Part shown: piece after piece, positions 1-9,657 of the stretch
Numbering within the stretch: position 1 is the first letter of the stretch
Layout: every line of letters starts with the position of its first letter
Assembly (NCBI GenBank): GCA_963765675.1
Contig: CAVXXK010000003.1
Location: 224,001 to 288,000, forward strand
Direction: 5' to 3'
Origin: an uncultured delta proteobacterium
GTDB lineage: Bacteria > Desulfobacterota > Binatia > Binatales > Binataceae
DNA: 64,000 bases
Notes under the pieces: model-generated
Databases searched by the model: none
What the model saw: the letters and a program-made list of their open reading frames with translations, nothing else
What the model was told of the DNA's origin: nothing
Translations under genes and position numbers: made by a program

Positions 1-1141
1 AATCGAAGCGGCGGCCGCCGCCCTCGCCCAGCCGGTATCCGCTGGCCCGTGGAAATTTCGCGTCCGTTCCAAGAGGGCCCAGTTTCTCCGCGCGGGCTTC
101 GTCGGTTTCGAGGCGATGCGAATCGTAGATCGTCGAGAGCAATCCGACGATACGGCCATCGCGGATCAGATCGACGCGACGCGCGGGCAATCCCTCGCAG
201 GTGATGCGCCTGCGCAGGGCTCCGGTGCGGGATTGTGGGTCATCGAAGAGCGTCAGCCGCTCGTCCATCACGCGCTCGCCGAAACGTCCGTGATACGCGG
301 AACTCGAAGCGTGAAACGATCCAGCGGTCAGCGAACCCATCACCATGTAGTTGAGAATCTCCGCGACCGGCTGCGGTCCGAGGATAACGCGGTAGCTTCC
401 GGAGGGCGGACGCACGCCGCGGCCAAGCGCGAGTGCGCGGCTGACCGCGTCACGCCCAAGCCGCGCCGACTCTGTGCGCATCGCGGCGATCGACGCGCCT
501 AGCGCGCCGGCGGTTCCCTTGGCGTCGAGCGACTCGACCAGCGCGGTGACCGAGGAGCTGAAATGCGCGCTCTCGTCGGTGCGCAGATCGGGGAAGTTCG
601 AATTCGCGATCGCGATCCGATCGCGGATGATCGAAATATCGCCGCCCAGCACCAGTCCCGGATTCTTCGCGCGCGCCGCCTCGCTCTTTTGAAACACAGC
701 AAGCGCTCCGCCGATTATCCGCCACGCACTGGCGGCGAGCGCCGCGTCGCTCGAGCGCGACAGATCGCTGTGCGAGCTCGGCACGGGCACCGGCTTTGGA
801 ACCGCGACCGAAAGTCCCGGAAAATGCGGATCGACTATGGTCGCGCGCCGCGCGCTCGCCACGGCGGCGCTGAGCGCCGGCAGGCTCAGGTCGCCCGCTT
901 CGTACGCAGTGCCGATTTCGTGCGCGTCACGGCGCATTACGATTCGGACCTGGAAGCCGTCAGCGTGGAGGGTCTTGAACTCCTCGACGCCGCGGCAGGG
1001 AATGTCAGAGGTGTAACAGAGGCGCGCAATCCGGTTCTCCGCGGACGCGGCGTAGATTTCGAACGCGGCGATATCGCGCTCGCGCGAGAGCGCTCGAGCC
1101 GCGGCGCGTGCGAAGTCTTTCAGTTCAGCGGAGGTAAGCAT
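1..1141 (-). CDS. TldE/PmbA-family metalloprotease subunit (3' end runs off window)
   Basis: Not in the ORF track; my translation from ATG 1141 reads MLTSAELKDFARAAA...GSYRVILGPQPVAEIL...LTLFDDP...CEGLPARRVDLIRDGRIVGLL. The start overlaps the tldD stop (TAATG). Confidence 0.8.
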   Translation of the reverse strand, partial: MLTSAELKDFARAAARALSRERDIAAFEIYAASAENRIARLCYTSDIPCRGVEEFKTLHADGFQVRIVMRRDAHEIGTAYEAGDLSLPALSAAVASARRATIVDPHFPGLSVAVPKPVPVPSSHSDLSRSSDAALAASAWRIIGGALAVFQKSEAARAKNPGLVLGGDISIIRDRIAIANSNFPDLRTDESAHFSSSVTALVESLDAKGTAGALGASIAAMRTESARLGRDAVSRALALGRGVRPPSGSYRVILGPQPVAEILNYMVMGSLTAGSFHASSSAYHGRFGERVMDERLTLFDDPQSRTGALRRRITCEGLPARRVDLIRDGRIVGLLSTIYDSHRLETDEARAEKLGPLGTDAKFPRASGYRLGEGGGRRFD

Positions 1142-2724
1142 TATCCGCCACCGAGGCGCGCGCGCGAGCGCAGCGTGGGTCCGCCGTTGGACATCCGCTT
1201 TACCTGCATCGGCTGGCCTTTGCCGCAATTTGGAATCGCGATCAGGCGCAGATCGTCGCCGACCGCGTCGACGTTCATGAAGAAGCGGCGCGAGTCGGCG
1301 ATCACGCTGCCCGAGCGATAGAGTCGACCGATCTGCCCGTGATCGATTTCGTAAACCCGGCGCGCCGAGATGCGGAAGTTCTCGCGCGATTCGGCGATCG
1401 AGGGAATCTGATGGCCGCAAACGTAGTAGCCGTGCTCGACCTCGGCGATGATCTTTTCCGGCGGCGTCTCGCCCGGCATGAAAAAAGTGTTCGACATCCT
1501 GATCAGCGGCGCGTGCCATCCTTCGCTCGCGCGCGCCGATCCGTTTGGCTCGGCGCCGAGGATCGCGGCGGTTGCGCGCGAGTTCAGAAACTCGCCGAAG
1601 CGCCCGCGCTCGAAGTGCATTACGCGGCGGCCGGGCGTGCCCTCGTGGTCGTAGCGATAGTGGCCGTAGCCGTCGAGCGAAGGGTCCGAGCACGCGGACA
1701 GCAGAGGAGACGCGACCATCTTTCCAATCTCGTTGTCTTCGAGCGAGCGCAGAAACCAGCTCCGGCCGGCGTAGGCCGCTTCCATCTTGAGCGCGCGATC
1801 GGCTTCGCTCGGATGGCCAACGATTTCGTGAGCGACCAGCGCGTTGAAATGCGGATCGGTGACGACTACGACTTCGCCATCGGGCGGCTTGAGGACCGGC
1901 GCCGCCGCGAGCTCGCGCGCCTCGGATGCGAGCGTGACGGCGAAGGTTTGCAGGTCGGGATTCGGCATCAGCTCGCCGCGCCATCCTTCCTCGAGACATT
2001 CGAAGCCGCGCTGCTGGCCGATAGTGTCGTAGTTTTCCTGATGGCCGCCGGCCGATTGCGCGACGACGTACGAATCGCCTTGCGAGAATGCGAACGCCTG
2101 CGAGATCAGGCTGCCCGTGGTGTTGGCGAAAAGCTCGTGGCGCAGCTCGGTCATCGCGGAGACCACGTTGAAGGCGATCTCGGCGCCGAGCGCGCTGACG
2201 GCTCGTGAAGAGTCGAGCGCGAGCCGCTTGAGCTCGTCGATTGAGATCGCGCGAGGATCGCGCCGGAACACCGCGGCGATATCGGTGCGAATCGGCCCCG
2301 CCGCGGGTATCGCCCGGGTCTGGAGCGCGCGCGCCGCCGCACTCGCGCCGATGGTTTTGAGAATCGCGCCCTTCTCGCGCGCACTCGCGCGGGCGCGAAC
2401 GTATGCCTCGTCCAGAACGGCACGAAGGACCGCCCGCAGCTTGGCGGGCCGGGCGGCGAGCGCTCCCGCCTCGGCACCAGTCTGTCCATGGCCGATCGCG
2501 CCCGAGCGATCGCGCACGTGCACCGCGACCGAGAACGAGGCGCTCTCGCTCTCGATACTGTCGCGCGGCTCGCCGTCGGTCGCGGCGCCCGAACGCAGCG
2601 CCACCGCCTCGAACCGCAGTTCGGCGTAAACGGCGTCCCTGTGGCTGCGCGTGAAGCGGCGCAGCAAATCTTCCGCGTCGCGCTTGAACTCATCCGCCGC
2701 GTCGAAAATGTCCGCTGCCGCCAT
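1141..2724 (-). CDS. tldD: TldD-family metalloprotease
   Basis: HExxGH motif (AHEIVGHPSEADR), RMSNTF, and C-terminal CGKGQP. Confidence 0.9.
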   Translation of the reverse strand: MAAADIFDAADEFKRDAEDLLRRFTRSHRDAVYAELRFEAVALRSGAATDGEPRDSIESESASFSVAVHVRDRSGAIGHGQTGAEAGALAARPAKLRAVLRAVLDEAYVRARASAREKGAILKTIGASAAARALQTRAIPAAGPIRTDIAAVFRRDPRAISIDELKRLALDSSRAVSALGAEIAFNVVSAMTELRHELFANTTGSLISQAFAFSQGDSYVVAQSAGGHQENYDTIGQQRGFECLEEGWRGELMPNPDLQTFAVTLASEARELAAAPVLKPPDGEVVVVTDPHFNALVAHEIVGHPSEADRALKMEAAYAGRSWFLRSLEDNEIGKMVASPLLSACSDPSLDGYGHYRYDHEGTPGRRVMHFERGRFGEFLNSRATAAILGAEPNGSARASEGWHAPLIRMSNTFFMPGETPPEKIIAEVEHGYYVCGHQIPSIAESRENFRISARRVYEIDHGQIGRLYRSGSVIADSRRFFMNVDAVGDDLRLIAIPNCGKGQPMQVKRMSNGGPTLRSRARLGGG

Positions 2725-2751
2725 AGCAATGTCCCGTCGCGCCGCGCGTAG

Positions 2752-3501
2752 CTATTGGACGCTGATCGGAATCCGCACGTCGAACTCCGAATCAATCGCG
2801 ACTCCGTCTTTCATCCCGGGAAAAAACTTCCACTGCTGCAAGTCGTTCAGCAGAATCTGGTTGAGGCGCGGATTGGAAGTTGGCGTGGTCAGCGTCACCG
2901 TCACGGTTCCATCATATGCAACTCTGAAGTGCGCGACCGCAACCTCCTGGAACACGTCCTGGCGCAGGTCGTCGGGAATCTGAGGCGTGGGCGCATAGAG
3001 AGCGCGAGCGCCGAGCGTGTTGGTTCCGATTCCGCCGCCTGAACCCGCGCCGCCCCCGCCTCCGCCGCCTCCCGTGGCTGAAGCGCCGCTGACGCCGCCC
3101 GTCGAGCCAGCGGTCGCCGAAGAGGTACCGGCAGGAGCGGCTTCGCTGTTGCTGCTCTTGAGAGTTCCTTCGGGCGAGACCGGGATCGGCGGCGCGGGAG
3201 TCTCAATCTTTTTGTGATGCACAGGATGCGGTTTCGGAGCGACGTGCGGCACTACTTTGGCGATTGGAGCGGGAGCAGGACCGGCGCCGCCGCCTCCGGC
3301 CAGGCCGCCGATCGGAATCTCGACGATGCGCGCCTCGACAGCGTTTTCGGGCGGCGCGGTCGGCGGAGTCTGCTCCAGCACCCGCGAGAACGCGAACAGC
3401 AGGAGCAGCCACGCCGCAATCGCGGCCGGAACGATCCACGGCAGCCGCCGCCACGGATCGTCGAGCGGCGGCATCCGCCCAATCTGAACCGCCGGGTTCA
3501 T
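2752..3501 (-). CDS. tonB: TonB-family energy transducer
   Basis: N-terminal TM helix, Pro/Gly-rich linker, TonB C-domain (LQQWKFFPG); follows exbD. Confidence 0.85.
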   Translation of the reverse strand: MNPAVQIGRMPPLDDPWRRLPWIVPAAIAAWLLLLFAFSRVLEQTPPTAPPENAVEARIVEIPIGGLAGGGGAGPAPAPIAKVVPHVAPKPHPVHHKKIETPAPPIPVSPEGTLKSSNSEAAPAGTSSATAGSTGGVSGASATGGGGGGGGAGSGGGIGTNTLGARALYAPTPQIPDDLRQDVFQEVAVAHFRVAYDGTVTVTLTTPTSNPRLNQILLNDLQQWKFFPGMKDGVAIDSEFDVRIPISVQ

Positions 3502-3896
3502 TCGCGCTTGACCGCGATCATGAAATGCTCGACGCCGGCGCGCCGCGCCTGCAGCATCGATTGCACCACGATTCCCTCGGGCGCGGCGCTGTCGGCATTG
3601 ACCACGACGCCCGACTCACCCGCGAGCATCGGCTTGAGCGCGAACGCCAGCGACTCGAGCGTGGTCGGCGTCTTGTCGAGAAAAATCTTGCTGTCCTTGG
3701 TGATCGTGAGGGTGACGGGCTCCTTGTGATTCAGATTCTCGGCATTGCCTTGCGGAAGATTTACCGTGATCGAGTTGAGGCTCTGCATCGAGAGCGACGC
3801 GAGCATGAACGTGACCAGCAGAAAGAACATCACGTCGATCATTGGGATGATCTCGATCCGGCCGTGACGGAACTCGCGCGCGCGCTTGAGCTTCAT
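3498..3896 (-). CDS. exbD: ExbD/TolR biopolymer transport protein
   Basis: IEIIPMIDVMFFLLVTFM signature. Confidence 0.93.
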   Translation of the reverse strand: MKLKRAREFRHGRIEIIPMIDVMFFLLVTFMLASLSMQSLNSITVNLPQGNAENLNHKEPVTLTITKDSKIFLDKTPTTLESLAFALKPMLAGESGVVVNADSAAPEGIVVQSMLQARRAGVEHFMIAVKRE

Positions 3897-4600
3897 CGCA
3901 CGGCCTCCGCCACTCGGGGACCGCGTCCGGGCCGCTCGGCCGGCTCGTGAGGGCTGGGAGCGTCGATGCCGCCGTTCTCGCGATCGAGCCGGATGTGGTC
4001 AACCAGGCGCGAGCCGAGCCGCTCCATGTGATCGAGCGACCGCGATTGCATCCGCGAGAAAAAGTTGAAAGCAAACAGCGCGAACAGGGCGATGAGCAAT
4101 CCCAATGCGGTCGAAATCAGCGCCTGCGCGACGCCCGAGGTAACCTTGGCGGGAGCCACGAGGCCCGCGCCGCCGATTATCTGAAACGCGTCCATCATGC
4201 CGGTGATCGTCCCGAGGAGCCCCATCAGCGGCGCCGCGGTGACGACGGTCTCGAGCACCCAGAGTCCGCGGCCGAGCGACTTTTCAATCTCGCCGGCTTC
4301 ATCGCCTGCGCGCGACTCGACCCACCACGCCGGCTTGCTGCGACTCTCCAGGATGACGCGGATGAATCGGGCATACGCGTTGCGCGGGCCGAGCGTGTCA
4401 ACCTGTCGCGCCAAGGCGTCCCACGAGAAGCCGAAGGTTTCGATCAAATCGGCGGTTTGGACCGGCAGCCGCAGGCATCGCGAGTACATCACGGCGCGAT
4501 CAAAGATTATGATCAGTGCGATCACTCCCAACAGGAGCAGCGGATAGACCATCGCGCCGCCGAATTGGAGCGCCACCCATGCCGCGTTTATTTCACTCAT
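3893..4600 (-). CDS. exbB: ExbB/MotA/TolQ proton channel
   Basis: APLMGLLGTITGMM and GVAQALISTALGL motifs. Confidence 0.93.
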   Translation of the reverse strand: MSEINAAWVALQFGGAMVYPLLLLGVIALIIIFDRAVMYSRCLRLPVQTADLIETFGFSWDALARQVDTLGPRNAYARFIRVILESRSKPAWWVESRAGDEAGEIEKSLGRGLWVLETVVTAAPLMGLLGTITGMMDAFQIIGGAGLVAPAKVTSGVAQALISTALGLLIALFALFAFNFFSRMQSRSLDHMERLGSRLVDHIRLDRENGGIDAPSPHEPAERPGRGPRVAEAVR

Positions 4601-4642
4601 AAGCTGGCCTCGGCCGGAATTGTTCCAGGTACTTCGTCATAT

Positions 4643-4657
4643 TGAAACTGATTCTCA
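4643..4657 (-). promoter_or_regulatory. Fur-box-like 7-1-7 site upstream of exbB
   Basis: Minus strand TGAGAAT-C-AGTTTCA matches 11 of 14 positions of TGATAAT-N-ATTATCA, ~43 bp before the exbB start. Confidence 0.55.
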
Positions 4658-4713
4658 CTTTCGCTTAAGCTTGCTACACGCCTTGTCTTCGATCAAGCCA
4701 CAGATCATCGGCC

Positions 4714-7104
4714 TCAGGGCGTCAGTGCTGCGGCTTTCAGGGTTGGAAATTCCCACTTCACTCCGCCGTAAATCGCGCGCCGCGGACCGTATTGGGCAGC
4801 GAACACGCCGACTCCACTGCCGTTGCGAATCTGGTAGATGTCGTCGCCCATATTCACGATCGCAGCGCGCAGAACCATCGCGCCGCGGCTGGCCAACTCG
4901 ATGCGTTTGGCGATCGCTGCATCGACCTGGATATAAAACGGCAGGTTGCCGGTGTTCGCGAATCCCCGGCGCAGCCCGCTCTCGTAGTTTCCAGCAATGC
5001 TGAACATGTACCCCTTCCAGTTGTACACCGCGCCCACCGAAGAGGTGAATGTCTGATCGTGATCGAGGAATATGTAATGGCTATTGATATATTTCAGCTC
5101 AGTGGGCGTGAAGTTGAACTGCCCCGATTCGACCTGCGTACCCTGCGCTACGCTGTATGCGAAATTCGCGTAGGTATAGAGATTGTTGTAGGTATAGGAA
5201 CTGGTAAACTCAGTACCGTACACGCGACCCTTCGCGTAGTTGAAGGTTTCGAAGATCAGCGCGGGGCCGAACTGGCCTTCGTCAATTAAATCGGCGGCCT
5301 TTTTGTAGTAGGAATCGATCCCGACGTTGAGCCCCGGAATCACCTGCTGGATCACACCCGCGTCAAACAGATGGTCACGTTCGACGGTCGGGGTCCCATT
5401 GCCGGTCGAAGGCGGTGCTCCTGTGGTGCCACGCAATTCCTTGATCGAAGAGACCTGCACCAACTCGGTAACCGGCGGCGTAAACTGGCGTGCGTAGGCC
5501 GCGTGGAGGGTGGTGTTTTTGAACGGCTTGTAATTGATCCCGACGCGCGGGCTCGCCTGATCAGCCCGCACCAGCCCGTCGTACAAGTCGAACCGCACAC
5601 CCACGTTGATCGTCAGCGGCTCGACGGGCTTCCATTCGTCCTGCGCATAGACACTATAAGTCCATGCCGTGAGCGCGACGTCGTTCACCAGCGAAAAGGG
5701 CACGTCACTGGTCTGCTTGCCGGTCGCGGGGTCGGCGGGAAACACTGACTCGTGATTGTCTATTTCGGCGCGTTCGCCGTCGAAGTAGGCGCCGATCCGG
5801 ATGGTGTGGTGATTGAAGCCGCGGTATGCCGTGTCGGCCTGGATTCCACCGGCCCAATCGCTGCGAAACACCCGTGACGCGGCGCCGTTAAATATAAGGT
5901 CGCCGACCGGGTCGGGATTGAACGAGACTGTCGAATACCGGCTGAATGGAGCGATTTGATAATCGAAGTTCGAACCGATCTCGCCCTGCAGAGCCAGAAC
6001 TCCGAAATAATTTTCCTCGAATTGAGTTTCCGCGAGGTCCGCCGACGGATAGGTCGGAACTCCCCTCAATGCAAAGATTTGCGGCTGATCGGGATTCGCC
6101 GGAATCTCGAAGTGGTTGACCGAAGTTCCCGTGATCAGGCTGAGCCGCGTGGTCGGATTGAGAAAGTAGGAGAAATAGCCAAATCCCGACCCCTGATGCG
6201 CCGTGTCGTGGATCGGCGTCGGCCCGGGCGTTGGAGGTTCCAGGCCGCGATCGGTGTGCTCATATTGCGCGGTTACGAAGTAGCTGAAATCGCCCTTCGA
6301 GCCGCCGTATTCGAAGCTCGGCTGCTCGGTTCCGCGCTGGCCGCCGTAAAACTCGACGTCGCCGCCATTGTCGAGGAGTCCATCCTTGGTCTTGATGTCG
6401 ATCACTCCGGCGGTCCGCAAGCCGAACTCGGCCGGCAGCGCTCCGTCGAGCAGGCTGATGCTCTGCGCGAAGCGCGGGCTGAGCACCTGGCCAAATCCGG
6501 TGATGCCCTCGGGAAGCTGGACGCCGTTAATTCGGTACTGGAGATTCGCGTGATCGCCCCGAACGTGGATTTGGCCGTAAGAGTCCTGCGCGACTCCCGG
6601 AGCCTGCAGCAGCACCTGGTTGAGCGGGGTATTGTTGCCTTGCGGCAACTCCTGAATCGCCTTTTTGCTGAAGGTATATACGCTGCCCCCGGTTTGCGGC
6701 GACAGCGCGTTGCGTGCCTGGTTGAGCCTCTTTGCGGCCACCGTCATGCTGAGCGCGGCCTGCGAAGCCAGCGCGACGACGACGGGTTTCGCGCCGGCGC
6801 GAGTGACCGTGACAATCTGCGTGCCGGTTTTGAAACCGGATTTTTTAACGATGATTGCGTAAACCCCGGGCTCCGGCGCGCGAAGCGAAAAATTTCCGCC
6901 CTGACCCGATTCGGCTTTTGCAACCGGCTTTCCCGTGTTGTCCTGTAACTCAGTTGATGCGCCCGCGATCGGACGCCCGAGCGCGTCTTTGATCGTGCCG
7001 GTGATTTTCTCCGCGGCGAACTTCGGAGTTGTCTGCGCCGATGCCGCGGTGCCGATAGCCGTAATCATGGCTATCCAAATAGCCATTAGTGTGAACCGTC
7101 TCAT
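4714..7104 (-). CDS. TonB-dependent outer membrane receptor with N-terminal carboxypeptidase-regulatory-like domain
   Basis: Signal peptide (MRRFTLM), plug region (LLQAPGV...IHVRG...YRINGV), beta-barrel ending YGGVKWEF; ATG 7104 has an RBS. Confidence 0.9.
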   Translation of the reverse strand: MRRFTLMAIWIAMITAIGTAASAQTTPKFAAEKITGTIKDALGRPIAGASTELQDNTGKPVAKAESGQGGNFSLRAPEPGVYAIIVKKSGFKTGTQIVTVTRAGAKPVVVALASQAALSMTVAAKRLNQARNALSPQTGGSVYTFSKKAIQELPQGNNTPLNQVLLQAPGVAQDSYGQIHVRGDHANLQYRINGVQLPEGITGFGQVLSPRFAQSISLLDGALPAEFGLRTAGVIDIKTKDGLLDNGGDVEFYGGQRGTEQPSFEYGGSKGDFSYFVTAQYEHTDRGLEPPTPGPTPIHDTAHQGSGFGYFSYFLNPTTRLSLITGTSVNHFEIPANPDQPQIFALRGVPTYPSADLAETQFEENYFGVLALQGEIGSNFDYQIAPFSRYSTVSFNPDPVGDLIFNGAASRVFRSDWAGGIQADTAYRGFNHHTIRIGAYFDGERAEIDNHESVFPADPATGKQTSDVPFSLVNDVALTAWTYSVYAQDEWKPVEPLTINVGVRFDLYDGLVRADQASPRVGINYKPFKNTTLHAAYARQFTPPVTELVQVSSIKELRGTTGAPPSTGNGTPTVERDHLFDAGVIQQVIPGLNVGIDSYYKKAADLIDEGQFGPALIFETFNYAKGRVYGTEFTSSYTYNNLYTYANFAYSVAQGTQVESGQFNFTPTELKYINSHYIFLDHDQTFTSSVGAVYNWKGYMFSIAGNYESGLRRGFANTGNLPFYIQVDAAIAKRIELASRGAMVLRAAIVNMGDDIYQIRNGSGVGVFAAQYGPRRAIYGGVKWEFPTLKAAALTP

Positions 7105-7217
7105 CTGATACTCCCATGCATCGATCCTCCCGGCGCCGCGCGACGCGCGATCACCGGGTTCGCACGGCGCCAGCAGGCGCGCGCGAACCATTTCGATCAC
7201 TCAAACAGGGAAAGAGA

Positions 7218-7553
7218 TCAGATAAGAGCGGGCGGAGCCCGGCCGAACAGGAGCGAGTCAAACTCAAACGGTATCAGCAGCCGCGCCGCGTTTGACCGAG
7301 CCTCTACGATCGCGAGCGGATACCCGAACGCGGGCGTCGCCGCGAGCGCGGAAGGGGTGTGGCAATGATGCAGACAGATCGGACAGAGATCGGGCTCGAC
7401 AGCGCTCGAGGAGCTCTGCGCAGTAGCCTTCGCTCCGACCGGCGGATGAAAGTGCGCGGCGCCGAGCAACTGCACGAGGACCAGCAGCGCCAGCGCGAAC
7501 CAGCTAACGCCGCGCATCGTCGCGCCGCGATATTTTCCGCGCCCTTCCATCAA
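7218..7553 (-). CDS. Small His/Cys-rich membrane or periplasmic metal-binding protein (DUF2946-like)
   Basis: TM helix, AHFH, CPICLHHCH and C-terminal RAPP motif; upstream of the TBDR. Confidence 0.7.
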   Translation of the reverse strand: MMEGRGKYRGATMRGVSWFALALLVLVQLLGAAHFHPPVGAKATAQSSSSAVEPDLCPICLHHCHTPSALAATPAFGYPLAIVEARSNAARLLIPFEFDSLLFGRAPPALI

Positions 7554-7656
7554 CCTATGTCCGCCACTGGGTTCACGATTCTCGAAACGCCGGCGCGACA
7601 GCGCCGACCGGCCCTAGATTATGCCCGCCTGTGGCGGCGACTCAACCCCTCAGGAA

Positions 7657-7915
7657 CTATCGGTATGCTTCCCGGCGATGGGCGATACGGACAATCAGCA
7701 CGACGAGAATCCGGTCGTGAATCTCGTAGACAACTCTGTAGTCGCCAACGCGAATGCGCCACAGATCCTCCCGTCCGGCAAGTTTCTTCGCACCTGGGGG
7801 ACGCGGATTAGTTTCGAGGCTTTATGAGTGCGCGGAGGATACGTTCGCGCGTGAGAGAATCGAGCCCGCGAAATTCGCGTCGCACCGCCGGCAACAACTC
7901 GACCCGATAGGCCAT
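7657..7915 (-). CDS. RelE/ParE-family toxin (one frameshift near 7820)
   Basis: MAYRVELLPAVRREFRGLD...RALIK then, in another frame, LETNPRPPGAKKLAGREDLWRIRVGDYRVVYEI...IAHRREAYR*; 259 nt = 3n+1. Confidence 0.8.
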
Positions 7916-7924
7916 CGATCGCCC

Positions 7925-8209
7925 TTATCGTCTGACGCCAAACTCCTTGAGTACGTCATCGAGAGGGATCGTTCCCGTGCGTTTGATTTGGCGCAGCGCG
8001 GCGCGGGCGGCCCTCAGGTCCTCGCGATCCTCGATCTGCTCGAGCAGCGCGATGTCCTCGAAGGGAACGACCGCCGCGAGCGGGCGGTTGCGCCGCGTCA
8101 GCACGACCCGATCCTTACCGTAGGCGACTCGATTGATCAGATCGGAGAAGTGCTGGCGGGCCGCGACCGTGCTGATCGCTTCGCCACCGATTTTTTTTCT
8201 GATTGCCAT
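7925..8209 (-). CDS. Phd/YefM-family antitoxin
   Basis: ARQHFSDLINRV...RVVLTRRNRPLAAVVP; directly upstream of the RelE gene. Confidence 0.88.
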   Translation of the reverse strand: MAIRKKIGGEAISTVAARQHFSDLINRVAYGKDRVVLTRRNRPLAAVVPFEDIALLEQIEDREDLRAARAALRQIKRTGTIPLDDVLKEFGVRR

Positions 8210-8243
8210 AGCGCGCTCCTTCGGATCTGGAAACTGGCGTGAT

Positions 8244-8267
8244 TGTACATCTCGGCAGTTATGTACA
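8244..8267. promoter_or_regulatory. Antitoxin operator: two TGTACA palindromes
   Basis: TGTACA at 8244 and 8262, upstream of the antitoxin; same core as known Phd/YefM operators. Confidence 0.6.
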
Positions 8268-8288
8268 CCAGTATCGGAGCGCGCCGAA

Positions 8289-9482
8289 TCAGATCACGCC
8301 TTCACCCTTTAGCGACTCGAGCTTTGCCGCGTCGAGGCCGAGCAGCTCGCGGTAGACCTCGGCGTTATGCTGCCCGAGCAGCGGCGCGGGCTTGACCTCG
8401 ACCGGCGAGTCTTCCAGCCGCACCGGGCATCCGGGCATCGTGAAGTCGCCGCGCTGCGGATGCTTTATCGTCACGATCATGCCGCGCTCGCGCATATGCG
8501 GATCGTTCAGCAGCTCGAGGCTGTCGAGGACCTTGCCGCACGGCACGCCCGCCGCGCCAAGGATCTGCATCACCTCGTGCTTGGTGCGGTGCGAGGTCCA
8601 TTCGGTGATGATCGCGCTGAGCGCGTCGAGATTTTTAAATCGCGAGCGCGCGTCCTTGAAGCGCTCGTCGGTTGCGATCCCGAGCTGCCCGATCGCCGCG
8701 CACAGGCTGTTCCACATCTCGGGCGTGGTGCAGAAGATGTAGCAGTAGTCATTGGGACCGCCGGGCGCGCACTTGAAAATATCGCCCGGCGCGCCGAGCC
8801 GGTTGCCGTTGCGTCCGGCGGGCTTGCCCGAGGTGTACATCCCCATGATCGCGACGCGGCAGAAATTCAGCACCGCTTCCTGCATCGCGACTTCCACTTT
8901 CTGGCCCTTGCCGGTCTTCTCGCGCTGGATATACGCGGCCAGCACTCCGATCGCGGCGTGCATCCCGGTGCCGGTGTCGCCGATTGTCGGGCCCGGCTTG
9001 AGCGGCGGCGTCTCCGAAGTTCCGGTCACCGACATCGCGCCGCCGGCGGCCTGCGCGATCATGTCGAAGCTCTTGTACGCGCTGTACGGGCCCGAGGTGC
9101 CGAAGCCCTTGATCGTCAGGTAGATCAGGCGCGGATTGATTTTGCGAAGCTGCTCGTAGCCGAGGTCGAGCCCCTCGAGCGTGCCGAGCGAATAATTTTC
9201 GGTCAGGATATCGACCTTCTTGACCATCTCGAGAAACATCGCGCGGCCGGCGGGGCTCTTGAGGTTGAGCGTGATGCCACGTTTGTTGGCGTTGAGCAGC
9301 ATGAAGTAATACGAATCGAAGCCGGGTTTGTCCGCCAGCGACCAGCGTCCCTGTTCGCCCATCTTCGGCGACTCGACTTTGATCACGTCGGCGCCGAGCC
9401 ACGCCAGCATCTCGGTGCACGACGTACCGGCCTCGAACTGGGTGAGATCCAGCACCTTGACGCCCGCCAATGCTTTTTCCAT
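8289..9482 (-). CDS. Class III CoA-transferase (CaiB/BaiF, formyl-CoA transferase-like)
   Basis: LAGVKVLDLTQFEAGTSCTEMLAWLGADVIKVE, NANKRGITLNLK, PAPLLGQHN. Confidence 0.92.
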   Translation of the reverse strand: MEKALAGVKVLDLTQFEAGTSCTEMLAWLGADVIKVESPKMGEQGRWSLADKPGFDSYYFMLLNANKRGITLNLKSPAGRAMFLEMVKKVDILTENYSLGTLEGLDLGYEQLRKINPRLIYLTIKGFGTSGPYSAYKSFDMIAQAAGGAMSVTGTSETPPLKPGPTIGDTGTGMHAAIGVLAAYIQREKTGKGQKVEVAMQEAVLNFCRVAIMGMYTSGKPAGRNGNRLGAPGDIFKCAPGGPNDYCYIFCTTPEMWNSLCAAIGQLGIATDERFKDARSRFKNLDALSAIITEWTSHRTKHEVMQILGAAGVPCGKVLDSLELLNDPHMRERGMIVTIKHPQRGDFTMPGCPVRLEDSPVEVKPAPLLGQHNAEVYRELLGLDAAKLESLKGEGVI

Positions 9483-9657
9483 CGATGCTCTCCTCTTTAT
9501 TATTGGACGCGCGCGCAGCGATGCGACTTCGGCCGCGCCTGATGGACCTTTGTAGCGCCCCGCAAGCGCAATCGGCAAGCCACGCGCGCCGGCAACGCCA
9601 ATCCTGGTTGGCCGCGCTATTGGTTCAAGGCCGCCGTCTGATAAATCTGATGAGAGC

